64,000 nt of DNA from Dimorphilus gyrociliatus (Eukaryota; Animalia; Annelida). A program made the position numbers and the translations under genes. Positions 1 to 15,623 of the stretch are shown piece by piece (the first letter of the stretch is position 1; each line of letters begins with the position of its first letter). The notes beneath the pieces are model-generated. The model made no database searches. It was given only the letters and a program-made list of their open reading frames with translations, and was not told the origin of the DNA. The stretch is from the NCBI GenBank assembly GCA_904063045.1, contig CAJFCJ010000028.1, positions 372,001 through 436,000 of the forward strand, given 5' to 3'.

Positions 1-868
1 AAAGTAAAGGAAACATTCCCGTTAAAGAGAGTTGCTAAAGCAAAAGGAAAAGATACCGCCGATAATGTCTTTAATATTGAGTAAATATTATATGGATTGA
101 TATAATATGAAACATATTCATGTATTAAAATATTCTAAAATTTCCTCCAGAGAGAAAGATGCTGAGGGTGAATCATCTGAAAAGAAACCAAGAATGGACG
201 ATGTTGAACTATCAGATCTACAGAAAGAAAAAGTTGATAAGGTAATTATCTTAAATAGAAATTTAAGGATATTTATAAAGCTTTGATTATATGTTTTAAA
301 AAATAGATTGGAACTGTAACACCAGTTGAAGATTTCTTAGCTATTCTATCTCAAAAAGATCGAGATCGTTATGACGAAGCATGCGAAATGATCAGAGAAA
401 GAATAATACAATTAGTCTTCGATTCATTTGGATCTCAACTGTTTTCTAAAGCTATAGATTGTTTAAGGGCGTATAGAGCTCAAACTTTAAAACATTCCGA
501 GCCAAGAGATTTCAACAAGTTCCTCTTTAGCCTAAAAGAGAGTTTATTTCAGAAAAATAAAAAGGCATTTTGGAAATTAATGATCGAAGGTAGATAATTT
601 AATTTTTACCTATTGAAAAAATATTTTATTCGATTTATTCATTAATAATAGAAAAACTCGGACTGGTAACCAAATTAGAGTCGGAAGAAAGTTCCGTCAC
701 CAAAGCTGAAGGTGATGATTTCCTAACCGAAGTTGTTGAAGAAAAAATTAAGGAGGAAGCACCGCCGAAAGAGGATGCCGATGAATTAGTAAGTTGATTA
801 ATAACAATAACAATTATACTTAATAAATTATACGTTCTTTCTTCCTTTTATAGTTGGATATGATGTAA
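1..868 (+). CDS. XRCC5: Ku80 (XRCC5), 3' part; exons <1-80, 151-241, 307-589, 652-788, 854-868
   Basis: Manual splicing at GT-AG sites gives ...IGTVTPVEDFLAIL...FSKAIDCLRAYRAQ...FNKFLFSLKE...FWKLMIE...EDADELLDMM*. This matches the Ku80 C-terminal domain and the terminal DNA-PKcs-binding motif (human ...DVDDLLDMI). Confidence 0.9.
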
Positions 869-1254
869 TAGAAAGAAAATTAGAAAATAGAAACGAGTGT
901 GAGCACCTTAGAAAATTTATTTACAAGAGATATCTCACATTTTCCTATCATTTCTCGAATGTTTAACTAGTTTTGAATAGTTTTTGTTTCTTTAAACGCT
1001 AGACAATTTTCAACAATTACTTTTCATAGTTACAGCTTTCATAGTTTTGTACTTTATCTCTATTTCATTGATTTTTAATGTTCTATTGTTTTACAACTTG
1101 TATTTAAGAATTTTAAAAAATTAAAAATGTCTCTGGTATGTTTATGTATAAATACTTAGCAATTGGACGTAATAATAGGTAATTTTTCATCGATTTGACA
1201 ACTTTATTTCAAGACTGCATTGAAATGGTTAAAAATTGCGCTTCCTACCGTACA

Positions 1255-1348
1255 GGCTTCGTAGCTCAGTGGTTAGAGCACTGGTCTCGTAACAAGTCAG
1301 CGAGACAAGGTAAACCAGGGGTCGCGAGTTCGAATCTCGCCGAGGCCT
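1255..1348 (+). tRNA. tRNA-Thr(CGT) with 21-nt intron (1292-1312) at canonical position 37/38
   Basis: Acceptor stem GGCTTCG/CGAGGCC, A-box TAGCTCAGTGG, anticodon stem CTGGT/ACCAG, anticodon CGT at 1288-1290, B-box GAGTTCGAATC. 94 nt = 73 + 21. An oligo-T Pol III terminator follows immediately. Confidence 0.93.
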
Positions 1349-3307
1349 ACCTTTTTTCTTCGCTCTTCACCGCAATTTTTTATATATAATTAATTAAATT
1401 TTATATCGTATATAGAGAGAACTTTATGTTAGATACTTTGATAATAATAAGTAATGATTATATTTTTAATTTATCGACCTATAGATGGCGCTGTTAAGGT
1501 CTTATTGGAAAGGCTATTAATTAGGTTATTAAATTTTGATATGCTCTTTCCTACTGGAAATTATTTATTTCAATAGTTTTTTGTTTAATTTTTTATTCGA
1601 TATTCGAAAGAAAATCAGTTTAAATGATTAATCCAATTAAATTAACAGATGGCGTCGCTAACGAAGGCGGGAAAAATTAATATTTGAAAGAGTATGAACA
1701 TAAACTCTCCTGATGATTGTTAACATATATCTAGTTGACAGTCACATGGCAAACATTTAAACAAACGAAAAGGTATGAATAAATTAGTAGTCCAACAATC
1801 ACGGACCGATTTCCTCTTGTCGATTTTTTCAATTCGTCCCAGTTTAATTAAACACGTTATAATTATTGAGGCGCCAACAGCAAAAAACAAAAAAAAAAGA
1901 AGAAAAAAAAAAAAAATCAATATTTTAGGAAATATTCGTCACGCATCAATCGTTGAAATACTCATGAAAAATGGAAAGGAACAAATTGAAAAAAAATTTT
2001 CGCTCTTCAATCAAACTATTCAATATCGATTAGTTTTTTTTTTGGCTAATAAAAATCGGCAACGAGATTCTTTCTTTCATTTTTTTTTATTTGATAGAGA
2101 AAAAAAAAACATACGACTGTTTGTGTTTACGATGTGAAAATTTGCACAATTTTCATTCTATTTTTATTGACGAAATCGATGTTCGATCACCTGCTCTGCA
2201 TGGTGACATGGAAGTTTCGAATTAGTTTAAAATTGCTTTATTAGTTTTGTTTTTCGATTATGTTTTTTTTTTCTAATACGAAAGAGAAAGAAAGAGAATG
2301 AGAGAGAATGTTTATTTTTCATTCTAATTCTTTGCTCCTCTTCTCCTTTTCTTGCATTATTATCTTATTCATTTAATTTATATATTTATATACAGTGTAT
2401 CATTGACAAAACAAAAAAAAGAAAACATTATAATTAAGAAGAGTATGTAATAGAAAAAAGGAGCCTATTTTAGGAATAATAAAGAAAGGATATCGATAGC
2501 AATAATAAAAATTTGTCATTTTCTTATTGATTACCGGATGCGACGTCAGAAAGTTCAACTAAATTTCATTGCTAATAAGCGTATGAAAACTCCTCGAATT
2601 GAAAAAGTAGACTTATAACCCCATTACTTTACAGTTTCCTCACTTCAGCTCTACTAACAGTTTCTTTTCGAGATAATAAAAGTTTTAAAAGGAAAAATAA
2701 TGAGTATTTTTGTTTATTATAATAAAAATTGCCTATGATTCAAGTGAATTTTAAATTGATTCATTGAATAAATTAAAGTTAATAGGGAAAGAATGATGAG
2801 ATTAATTCAAACATCATAAAAGAAAATCTGTTTCGATCATTATATTTGAGTTTAAACAAACTAAATCGGCCTGGAATTCCAACGCCAATATCACCAAACG
2901 CCAAGAGACAATTACTAAGCTCTTTTATCGAACTATAACTCCATACAGTTTACTGTAATGCAATGAGAAATCCATAATTATAAATAGGCCTAAAGGGTTT
3001 GTCAACTCTTCAAATGTTACAGGCCTATTGAAAACGTCGTATCTCTCGCCTATACAAATAACGAAACCGTAAAGAATCCAATAGGCCTATTACGACGTTT
3101 CTTAAGCCAAGGTAACGCCCGGTGACGTCGCGCCTATCGATAGCTCTACAACGGCCCGAGAACGCAGTTCAATATTATCGCGCGCCGTCACTACTAGACG
3201 CTTGTACTTTTTTCTTGAACTAGAAAAAAGAACGCTTAGGTCGCTGATTGGCCGGGTAAGGCGTCCTCTTATTAAGAAGAAATAGACGGCCAGTGTTCAC
3301 AAGGAGG

Positions 3308-4655
3308 ATGTCGGCTCAAGATGAAGTTTCGGTGGCTGATGAGGACTTTTCTAACCCGAAAGTGGATGGAGAGGAGGAAGAGAAATTGGACGAGAGAGTA
3401 AAAATGGTTCTTTTAGGAAGGCTGGAAAATCTACCATCCCTAGCAAATAGGATTGTTCGAATTTTCACCTCGTCTACTTTTACTGGTATATTGATACAGT
3501 CGGGTGTTTTAATTATATATCTAGACAATAGCTAAACAATTGTACTATTTAGTTGTAGGTTGCTTTATTCATCACTCTGAGCAAAGGTTGGAAGAATTTC
3601 TATGTTATAAACGTATTCTAGTAAAACACTTAACGTGATTCTTTAATTTATCACCTAAATATTTTTCTTAAAAACTTTTTTTTTATTGTTTTTATAAAAA
3701 AAAAAACAAAACAATATTTTCTATGCAAAGAGAAAAAAAAATGAAACAATCCTATTTTTTCTTTTGTTTATTTTTTTTTAAAAAAAAAAGAAAAAAAAGA
3801 TTAAAGAAAAAAAATTAAATCAACTCTTTTTCTCTTTCCCTTTTTTTTTTATAAAAAAAAATTAATAATTTTAATTAACATTTCTTCATATTTGAATAAT
3901 AGAAACTAAAAGGAGAAAGAACAAAAAAAGTTTATATACATGTATATAATTTAATTTATTTTTTAAATATTGTATTTATTTATAGAATTCATCTATTCAG
4001 TCTATAAATCTATCTATCTATCTATACAAATAACTAATTATTCATACATTTTACAGTATCAATCTATGTTAAAATATCTATGTGTTTTTCTTCTCCACCC
4101 CCAGCCAATCCACTGACCTCTGAAAGTTTTTTCATTTTTCATCCATCTAAAACCATATTTTATTAAACTAGTATCTTTATTACCAGCAATCGATAAATTT
4201 TTACTAGAACTTTTAAAAGACTATTTATTCATTATCATTTTAAATAATTCAAAGTAAATGTATATAAACACTATTTATCTCTATCTTTTCTTATCCATCT
4301 TTTAACAATTGTTTTGCTTCTCTTTTTCCATAAGGCCTACATAATTTAGTTTTTCCTTTTAAGAGAGATTGGTTACTTTTTAATTTAATTTGAGCAAATT
4401 ACAGAAGAAATCTCATCTTTTTTCTGATTTGTTTGTTTGTTTGTTTGTAATAATTGTTAATGTATTACACCTTTAATTATTGTGAAAATGATAATGATAC
4501 AAATGATAAATGACTATGATGATGATAATTACTATAATCATATTGATAATAATGACAAAGAAGAGTGTGAAATTGTATATCATTTATATAATAATAAATA
4601 TATATATATATATAATAAATGTATAATAATATATAAATATAGATAATACATTCGC

Positions 4656-4690
<35 letters not shown>

Positions 4691-7600
4691 GTAAATGTTT
4701 ACAGATACGACGACGGAAAGGAATGCTCTTATGGCAAACGTCTATCCAAAGTTAAAGGATCTTTGTAGAGAGAAATATGGTTTAGAATTTCAAGTTGTTG
4801 ATATGAGGTGGGGAGTTAGAGATGAGGCAACAGACGATCATATGACAACCGAATTGTGTATGAAAGAGATAGAAAATTGTCAAAGATTATCGATGGGACC
4901 AAATTTCGTCGTAAGTAGAATATATTGTGAACAAAAAAAATCGATAACCATTAAAACAAAAATTTTTTTGCCAATATCGATTCGGACTATAAATTTCGTA
5001 TCGATTGATTCGATTCTTTTTTATTCCGTTTCCATAAAAGGTTTTCCTCGGGCAAAAGTACGGCTATAGGCCTATACCAACGTTGATAAAGTCAAAGGAT
5101 TTCGAGAAGATACGCAGCGTAATTTCATCTAGCGGAGAACCGGAGGAATTGGAATTAATGGATAAATGGTACAAAGTTGATAATAATTGCGTTCCACCGG
5201 AGTACATTTTGCAGGTGACGACATATATATTATTGCTGAATAGATAAAAAAAAGTACAAAAAAGCTAAGAGAAATTAATATAATAATTAATAATTGTTAG
5301 TCTATTTAATTATATTTTTATATTATTCTATTCTTTTAGCCAATTAGTTCTATATTGACGAATTTCAACAATAAAAGACTACAAAAATTAATGGAAGCAG
5401 ACCAAAATGCTTGGTGGGAAATTTTAGCTAAATTGCAAAAAATCTTGAGAAAAGCCGTTCAAGTTTTATTTGCCGCCAAACAAATATCTAAAGAAGAACT
5501 TCATAATTATTACATGTCCGTTACCGACAGAGAAGTTATTAATGGAATTCTTACCGCTAAAGATACTCATGCCCATTGTTTAGCCTACCTTAGAAGAATT
5601 AATAATTTGAACTTGAATATGATCAAATATGCTAGGAATTTTATTGATATGATTGGAAAAGATAAGGATGGCGAAGCTCAAAAATTGTTATCAACTTTGA
5701 GAGATGTTAGGTTACCTCAAAAATTAGTTAAAGAGAATATTGCCGATTTTAGCGTTGAATGGAGCGGTAAAGAAGGCATTGAAAGGGAAACTCATCAGGA
5801 TTATTTGAATGAATTTTGTGATCACTTTTACAAGTAGGCTTATTTTTTGAAATTTATTAATGATTTACTATTCTAACAAAAAAGAAACTGTAACTAAGAA
5901 ACCATCAAAACAAAGTTGATATTTATAAAAAATACAAAAATACTCATTTAACAAACAGGAACGTAACAAGGCTTATAGAGAGTGCTGTTGAAAATTCTCA
6001 ATCTTTATCATCTGAAGCCGTCTATGGTGAACAGTTGCAACACTTACACACTTGCGCCAACTCTTGTCAGTTCTTCTTGGGCCGAGACGAAATTCTAAAT
6101 AGAATTAAGGACTACGTTCAGTCCGAATCCCATGAACCTTTTGTTCTGTTTGGAGACAGTGGATGCGGAAAGACATCGATTCTAGCCAAGGCCTACAGCC
6201 AACTTCCTCTATGGTTAAATGCTCAATATCCACAGTTGATCCTTAGATTTTTAGGAACTTCTCCGGATTCTTCTAGTATTCTTCCATTACTTAAGAGTTT
6301 ATCTAATCAAATCTGTTTAATTAGGAACCTACCGAGAAATGATATGCCTGATGAAATGTCTCCACTTTCTCACTATTTTAAAAAATTATTAAGTAACGCA
6401 ACTGCTGATAGCCCTTTGATAATATTTTTAGACTCTTTGGACCTCTTATCGGCGCAAGATGGCGCCCACGAATTGCCCTGGTTACCTACAGTTTTACCAC
6501 CAAATTGTAAGATTGTCATATCAACTTTAATTGGAAGTATATTAAAAAATATGGAAAAGATGATGCAAACTGAAAAAAACTATTGTAAAATTGAACCGTG
6601 TGGTGAAGAATTGGCAATGGGTATTTTAGAATTATGGTTGAACCAAAGAAAAAGGACTGTTAGTGAACAGCAGTGGAAAATTGTTATGGAAGCAATATCA
6701 AAATGTAATCTACCTCTCTTTGTTAGGCTTGTTTACGATGAAGTTTGCAGATGGAAAAGCTACACTCAGGTAAGAAGCTATTTTTCCTTTTCTTAATCTG
6801 ATCATTTGGTTCCGATCTTTGATTATTTTTTCAGCCTCGTTTCACTCAATTAAAATTCACAATACACGATTCGGTAATGATGCTTCTCGATCGGATTGAA
6901 AATCAGCATGGAAAGTTACTAGTATCTCACGCTTTAGGCTATTTAACGGCTGCTAAGAGTGGAGTTTCAGAGGCTGAACTAGAAGACTTACTATCTCTCG
7001 ATGAAAAAGTAAAATCTTTTTTTCAATTTATTTGTGTGTGCGTTTAAGTCTGAAATCGATGATTCTCATGTGTTTTATCCTGAAGGTTTTGAATGATGTC
7101 TATCAGTATCATCTTCCACCCGTTAGGAGGATACCTCCTCTTTTATGGACTAGACTTAGGAGTGATCTACCGAATTATTTTTCGGAGAGAGAAGCTGATG
7201 GAGTTAATGTAATCGATTGGTATCATCGCCAATTTATAGAAGCATCTCGTGAACGCTACTTTCGTAATGTTAACTTTTTACGTGAAGTTCATTCCAACAT
7301 TGCCGATTATTTTCGAGGAATTTGGGGTGGTGTTGAAAAACCTTACGAATATTCAGAACTTCAAAGGCAAAGGTTCTTTCTTACGGAAAAAAGTGGTAAA
7401 AGTGATAGGAAAGTACCTGAACAACCCCTTTTCTTCACGGATGAACAAGGCAATATTGTTAGATATAATTTAAGAAAGTTGAGTGAATTGCCTTATCATT
7501 TGATAAGGTCGAACCGTATCGATCTTTTGTATAAGGAGGTCCTTTTCAACTATAATTGGCTTCATGCTAAGCTAAGTTCTATGCCGTTAACTGTTATTCT

Positions 7601-10458
7601 AAATGATTTCGAGGACGCCCTCCAAACCAAATATGACCGAGAGGTAAAGCTGGTATCGGACACTTTGAGGCTAAGTGCCTCTGTCCTATCGCGTTATCCC
7701 GGTATGGTGGGCCCACAAATTGTCGGCCGTCTCCTTCCATATGTTAGCCAATACGAAAAAGTTAGAAGTCTAATTGAACAATGCGATACGGATGGTATTG
7801 AAAGAAATGCTCTTGTACCGATATATCATTGTATGCATACACCCGGAGGTCCTTTGCAGTACTCCCTTGAAGGACATCCTTTTGCTCCCTTTGGAGTTTG
7901 TATAACCTCAGACGCCAGGTAGGTTATTAAAATATATAAGTTAATAATGAATACTATATATATAATGTAAAATCAATAGATATTTAGTATCCGTTTCGAA
8001 TGTGTTCATAATATGGGATTTAAGTACCGGAGATGTGTTCAGACAAATAAATCCAGGATTACAAGGAATAATGCAAAATTTAAATATTTCCCCAAATAAT
8101 AAATTTGCTACAAGCTATACAAACAACAACCAAATCATTGTTTGTAACATAATCACTGGAGAGTATAAAACAGTAGAGAAAATCGCAGAAAATTCAGATT
8201 CGTTAATCGGTTCTACTATGAATGACAATCATATTGTTATTTGGACTTCCAAAACCCTATACATGTTTTCAATTGATAAAACCGACGAGATTCTCTTCAA
8301 GAGTAGCACCGACAGAATAAAAATTGGTATAATAAATGTTAAATTGGATTCTTTTAGGTAAAACACACACAAACTGATATAAAAAACCTTTTCTATTGAA
8401 TTATTTATTGAAATTTTTATAATGATTTTTTAATTATCAGTAATCGTTACGTAATTTGGAAATCTGGAGATGAAAATAACGAAGATATGATATTTGAATT
8501 GCAACAAAATCAAGATGGCGAAGTCGACAATGGCTTCGACTTTCATAATGCTATCGCCTTATCGAATGATTTTACCACCTTATACGCTTGTATAGAGATA
8601 AGCGATCACGCTGTAGCCGTCTATAAACGCTCGAATGGAAAATGGGACTACGATAAAACGTTAGCGGAGAATAAAGTTCCGTTATTTACTTTATCACTTA
8701 GCGATGATGAAAAATATCTTATCGCCTCTCATGCCTTCGGATTCAAGTTATGGAATATGCCTCGAGACAAATTATTGGATTTAAAAGTAAATAAAACAAA
8801 TAAGTAAACGGTTATCTAAATTCAATTCAAAATGTATTGAACAGTTGCCCAGCGGCATTAGAAATATTCCAACAAAGAATCAAACTTCTTTGGTTCTCTT
8901 TACAAAAAATAATAAATTTGCAGTTGGAGCAGTTCGAAAGAATATCTATGTTTGGTCAACTAGAACTGGAGAGTTAACAAAGGTATCATTCGTTCAATTT
9001 GATATTGTATACTTTAATCTATTTATAATTTATTGTTGTTTTTAAAAAGACTTTAGACGCCCATTTCGGACGAATAATCGCTTTAGATTGCGTACAAAAA
9101 GAAAATAAAGTTGTTTCAGCGTCTATAGATAAAACTATTAAAGTGTGGAACTTTGACAACATTTTGGAAGACGTTCATTCATTAGACAGGTGAATATGAT
9201 TCCATAAAAAAATCTTTAAGAAATATCAATTATTAAAATGTTACAAAAAAAAAATAGACACGAAAAGCCGATCGATAACGTCTCTTTGGCTCATGACGCT
9301 TATATTGCTGCCTGCGTAACTAGAAATTGCGTTGGAATATGGAGCTTAGAATCTGGAAAACTTTTAAAAACTTTATCTAATAGTGCCCATTCGTCAATTG
9401 TTACTCATGCTAGTATAACGTCCTGCGGTAAATATCTGGTGAGCGCCGAGTCTGGCCAAGTTTTAATGTGGGATGTGGAAACCGGTACGGTAACGCAATC
9501 CACACCCCAAAGGGATGTTCAACAGTTGTTTTTAACTGATGAAGACACCAAGTCAATTATAGTGTCTAAAGCTGGAGTTTCTAAGGCAAAATGCATATGT
9601 CGTGCTATTCCTTCGCATGATGTTATTTTTGAATTTGAGTATAATGTAAAAAAATTTAAGGATGCCGTTGTTACGTGCGACGGCTTATTTCTTGTTGTTG
9701 TTTCCATGGCCGCTAAAGGAGGACACGAAGTTCTAAGTGTATTTCACGCGAAAACTGGAACAAAAATGTATGATATGCAGCCAAAATATCAGAATTTTAA
9801 AGATTTTACGCACATCGTAGCTATGCCTCATGACCCTCACCAGGTGGCGTTGATTGATAGTGACAAGGGTAATTTATGGGATATTAAGAAAAAGAGCTTT
9901 GTTCGTTCTATCATGAGATGGAATGGAGTATGTTCTAGCAATGGAAAACTTGGTTTATACGCTCCTAACCGAGGAGGTCTTGAGCTACTCGAATTAAAGA
10001 AAGGAACAACTTCTAAAGTTTTAATTCCAAGAATTGCCGAGGGGGTTCATTCGATATCAACACTTTTCACTTCCAATGATTTACACGTTGCATATTATCA
10101 CGCCGGCAGGAGGTCAATCCGAGTCTTTAGGGTTAAAGATGGCAAACAGATCGCTGATTATAAAGCTCATGCTGAAATCAAAACTATGGTAAGCTCGAAA
10201 GGCGGATTGAGTCTAGTTCTAGGGGCTGTTGATGGAGCATTAGTATCCTTGACGATAGCCGATCCTTTGACGGAGTCTAGTCGAGAACTTTTGGGTAGTC
10301 TACCATCGAGACAAATAAGTCATTCGGAAACTAGAAGGAGCTCTATTGCAGTGGCAAAACAGGCTAATGGAACAAAATTAGGACCAGCTGTACAAGTAAC
10401 TCGAATGGTCGCAAAAGCAAGATTAGCCCAAAAGAGTCGTGCTTGTTTACTATCTTGA
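3308..10458 (+). CDS. NACHT and WD40 repeat protein (NWD1/NWD2-like; N-terminal DUF4062-like domain, NACHT ATPase, WD40 repeats), multi-exon
   Basis: RIFTSSTFTD...ERNALM...VVDMRWGV N-terminal motif; Walker A GDSGCGKT; Walker B IIFLDSLD; WD repeats (SASIDKTIKVWN). The introns I checked are GT-AG and keep the frame. Ends ...KSRACLLS*. Confidence 0.88.
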
Positions 10459-10751
10459 AAAGAAAGGAGAAGATATTGAAAAGTACTAATGAATGAAAGT
10501 CTTGATGCATGATAGAGAATTAGGTAGAATCAGTGACGCATACATGCATGAATGAGTGAGAGAAACAAGAAAAAAAAAAGAAACAACAAAAAGTTGCGCT
10601 TCCCCTTAATTCTATTGTCATTTTTCTTGCATGAAATATGCACATTTTTTTATCCACCAAACAAACCAACAACAAACAACAAACAACAGCAAAAAATGAC
10701 CTTTTCTTTTTAAATCTTCCAAAATTTTTAACTTATATATACAGGATATGT

Positions 10752-10786
<35 letters not shown>

Positions 10787-10900
10787 CTGTATCTTAAGTT
10801 CACATAAACATAAATATATGCAATACAATAAACAATAAAATTATTAATGAATAGAGATATTCATATTATATATATATATAGTTTATATAAATTATGATGT

Positions 10901-10931
<31 letters not shown>

Positions 10932-11790
10932 CGATATATACACGCTTTTTGGAATAATTTATATATGTATATATATTTTTATCGTTTTTTCTAGACAATT
11001 TGAAATAAATGCACTGAAACAGTAAAACTTTTCCTAGAATATTTTAATCTATTGAGTATTTACGTAATCGATCTGATATATTGACAACCAATAATAAATA
11101 TTAACTGATGGAAATGATGAAAATAGCCCTATCAAACATTAAAATAAATACCTTTCGTATTTACATTTTACTTTTATAAGAATTATATATAGTCTGTTTG
11201 TATTGCATTTAATAGATTGCTTATTATATTATTCACTATATTGTAAAGGAGAAAAGACAATATATATATGTATATATATATATATATATATACTGTATAA
11301 CAACTATAAATTTTTTACATTGCTATATGGTATCTAATACTTCGAGCACATTACAAACTGTAAATAATAGGGAATTATGGGTAATGGGAGAAAAGTGATG
11401 AAAATCTAATTTCCTGCCTATTTATTCGTTCTAAATGATTAGGCTAAATTTTTTGTAGCCGACAAGAAGAGAAAATGAGAGAGAGCGAGCTGTAGAGAAC
11501 GCGGAGAAAGAGCAAAAGTTTAATAATTTTTATTACAGATGCAAATTCTATCATTTAGAAAAAAATCGTTTAAAACAAGAATCGAAAGAAAGGTGATAGG
11601 CTTAAAAGAAATTAAAAAAGTGCAACAGCCTGTGTTTTACGGTTGTATATATTATAACTGCTGACGGGGTTTACCCAACACTTATAAGACTATTTCCAAA
11701 GTCTGAATAAGAGTTTAAACAAAACTTTTCATATCTTCCCTCATTATTTAATTTTCCTTCTTTTGTTCGTCTAATTGAAAAGTATCAATT

Positions 11791-13342
<1,552 letters not shown>

Positions 13343-14826
13343 ATCCAACAATAAAAACAATAATTCTCTCTCTTTCCTAGATTCATGAAGTTTATTAATA
13401 TCTCTGTACTTTTTTTTAACGGGAAAGGTAGTTTTAGCATTATAGAGGTTGCGTAATCTTACCAGGTGTTTGTTTAGTCAACGCTTTATAAAAAAGAAAG
13501 ATAAAAAAAATGAAATATACACCTAAAGTATAGCGTTCATTTAGCTCTTTTTCTTTTCTTTCACTCCCTTTTTATTCCTCTCTCTCTCTCTCTCTCTCTC
13601 TTTTCTACAATTCTTTTAATACACGTACAATAATATTTAAACTATACACACAAAAAATTGAAAGAATAAACATAAAAGAAAGGAAGTTAATTATTACCTT
13701 TATTCTCTTTCTTCTCTTTTCTTAAAAGGTAATTGAGTCGCATAGTGTTTAGAAATGAATTTTTTAGGCCTAACTATTAAATTTTAAAGAGTTATTATTA
13801 GAAAAAAATTAAGTAGCACAGATAGAAAAATCATATTTAATATTGTTGAATTTGATCTATTAAAATATTCATTATTATTGAATCTCTTTAATATTTCTTT
13901 TGTTCAAAGCACCGCGACGTCGAATCGTTTCAATTGCGTAGACGCTTTTTTTTTCCAAGCGTACTGTAAACCTTGTAAATATAAATTCTAAAGTTCTCAT
14001 ACAATATCGAATAATAAACGGCAGCGAAACGATTACTTCACGAGGCTTCTTTGAGCGTCCAATCCCCTCTTTGATTTCTTAGTTAGCTACGATTGCCAAA
14101 TAAAGAATATAAAATAAAAGATGTTTAAACTCTTTGTTGTTTTAATGGTAAACATCTTTTAACGCTTTTATTATTTAAGATAAAAAAAGAAACGTCAGAA
14201 TATCAAATTGATCAAAATTTTTATTCTTTATATAACATATCGAATTATAGGCTTAAAAAAAGGTATTTAGACGTCCTTGCAGTAACTAATCTCTTCTAAC
14301 TATAACGTTTAATTTATGAGGTCGTTATTTATTTTTGTTTCCATATAATCAACCAATCCCTATCACGATTGTATTGGTATTGCTTTAGCGCGTTATTCTA
14401 TTTTCCCTTTTTTTTTGTTTAATAGCGTTTCTTTTACGCGTCTATTAACAAATTTGAAAAAAAAATCCGATTTATTAATTGAAAAAAAAAAATGTTACCT
14501 ATTTTTACCTTTCAAAGCAATAATATCAATAAAAAGAAAGGAGAGGGGTGGGAGGGGCAAAATGAAAAAAAAATTCAAGCTGATTTTACTAAAGAACCAC
14601 TATGTTTATGGATTTTGGTTTCTGTTGAACCTAATTAGTATATAATTCCTGTAAAGTAGATTTTTTTAAAATGGTACTTGAGTAGTAATTAAAAGAGTTA
14701 ATGGATAAAACTATTGTAATTTAAGATATTTTATTTGTAAATTTATTGAATATTTCAAATTCGTTTTACCAATAATACACAATATTGAAAAGAAAAGAAT
14801 GAATGACGGAGAGAAAGAAAGAAAAG

Positions 14827-14858
<32 letters not shown>

Positions 14859-15623
14859 TGGTTAAACTTCTTTCTATTATTCTAGTCACAAGACCTACCT
14901 ATAAGAAGGATTATATGAATCGGAAATGGATTTCGTTCTAATGATTCGATCCTATTTAAAATTTCTTATTTATTATATTAGTAATATTTTTTTTTGAATC
15001 AATTGTGACCTTTTTTTTTAATATTCGATTTTGTATTTCCTTTTTTTATCTTTTTAACTTCTCTATTGATTAATTCCGTATTTAGAAGGTAGATTAAATT
15101 AAAAATTTAGTTTCTATAGCTATGAGTAATACATGTTACAATGACTAATAAACGAATAAATGGTATTAAAAAAATATACTCAAGTTTTAGTATAATTTAT
15201 TAGGAAGAGAGAGAGAGAGAGAGGGAGAGGGAGAGGGAGAAAGAGAATGGGGAGAGAATGAGAAATAAATAAAAGATGATAAAAAATATGATAATACGAA
15301 GAATGTTTAATGCTGCTTAGTAATGTTTTAGTAATTTTTTGTTCAAAAAAATGCGTTCATGTATTGAGCATTCAATAATTATTGTTAGTAGATATTTCTT
15401 TAAATAGAAAAGAAAATGAAAAATTCTTGATATCTTTAAAAATAATACTCATTCCCATTAAAAGGCTTTTCTATTAAAAGAAAAAACAATCTTCCATTTG
15501 GCATACGTATAATAATACTCTGTAAAATATAAATTTTTCATTCATCACATTTATATTGTTCTTCTATATTTCTTTCTCATTTTTCTTTATTTTTCTTTCT
15601 TATTTGTTAATTCTGTTGAATTT

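Noticed and set aside
1195-1389. 64-aa ORF in the track
   Set aside because: It overlaps the tRNA-Thr gene and starts at a non-ATG codon; incidental.
1478-1656. Two AGATGGCG motifs next to the tRNA resembling CTCF or YY1 sites (possible insulator)
   Set aside because: Short, imperfect and ambiguous between factors; no support from sequence alone.
10618-10838. Overlapping 61- and 66-aa ORFs after the NACHT gene
   Set aside because: Derived from (TA)n and A-rich 3'UTR sequence; no protein-like content.
14899-14951. 53-nt minus-strand segment with AG/GT boundaries downstream of the SPMIP5-like stop
   Set aside because: In the phase required by the upstream exon it hits a stop after four codons; no homology recognised. 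At most a UTR exon.
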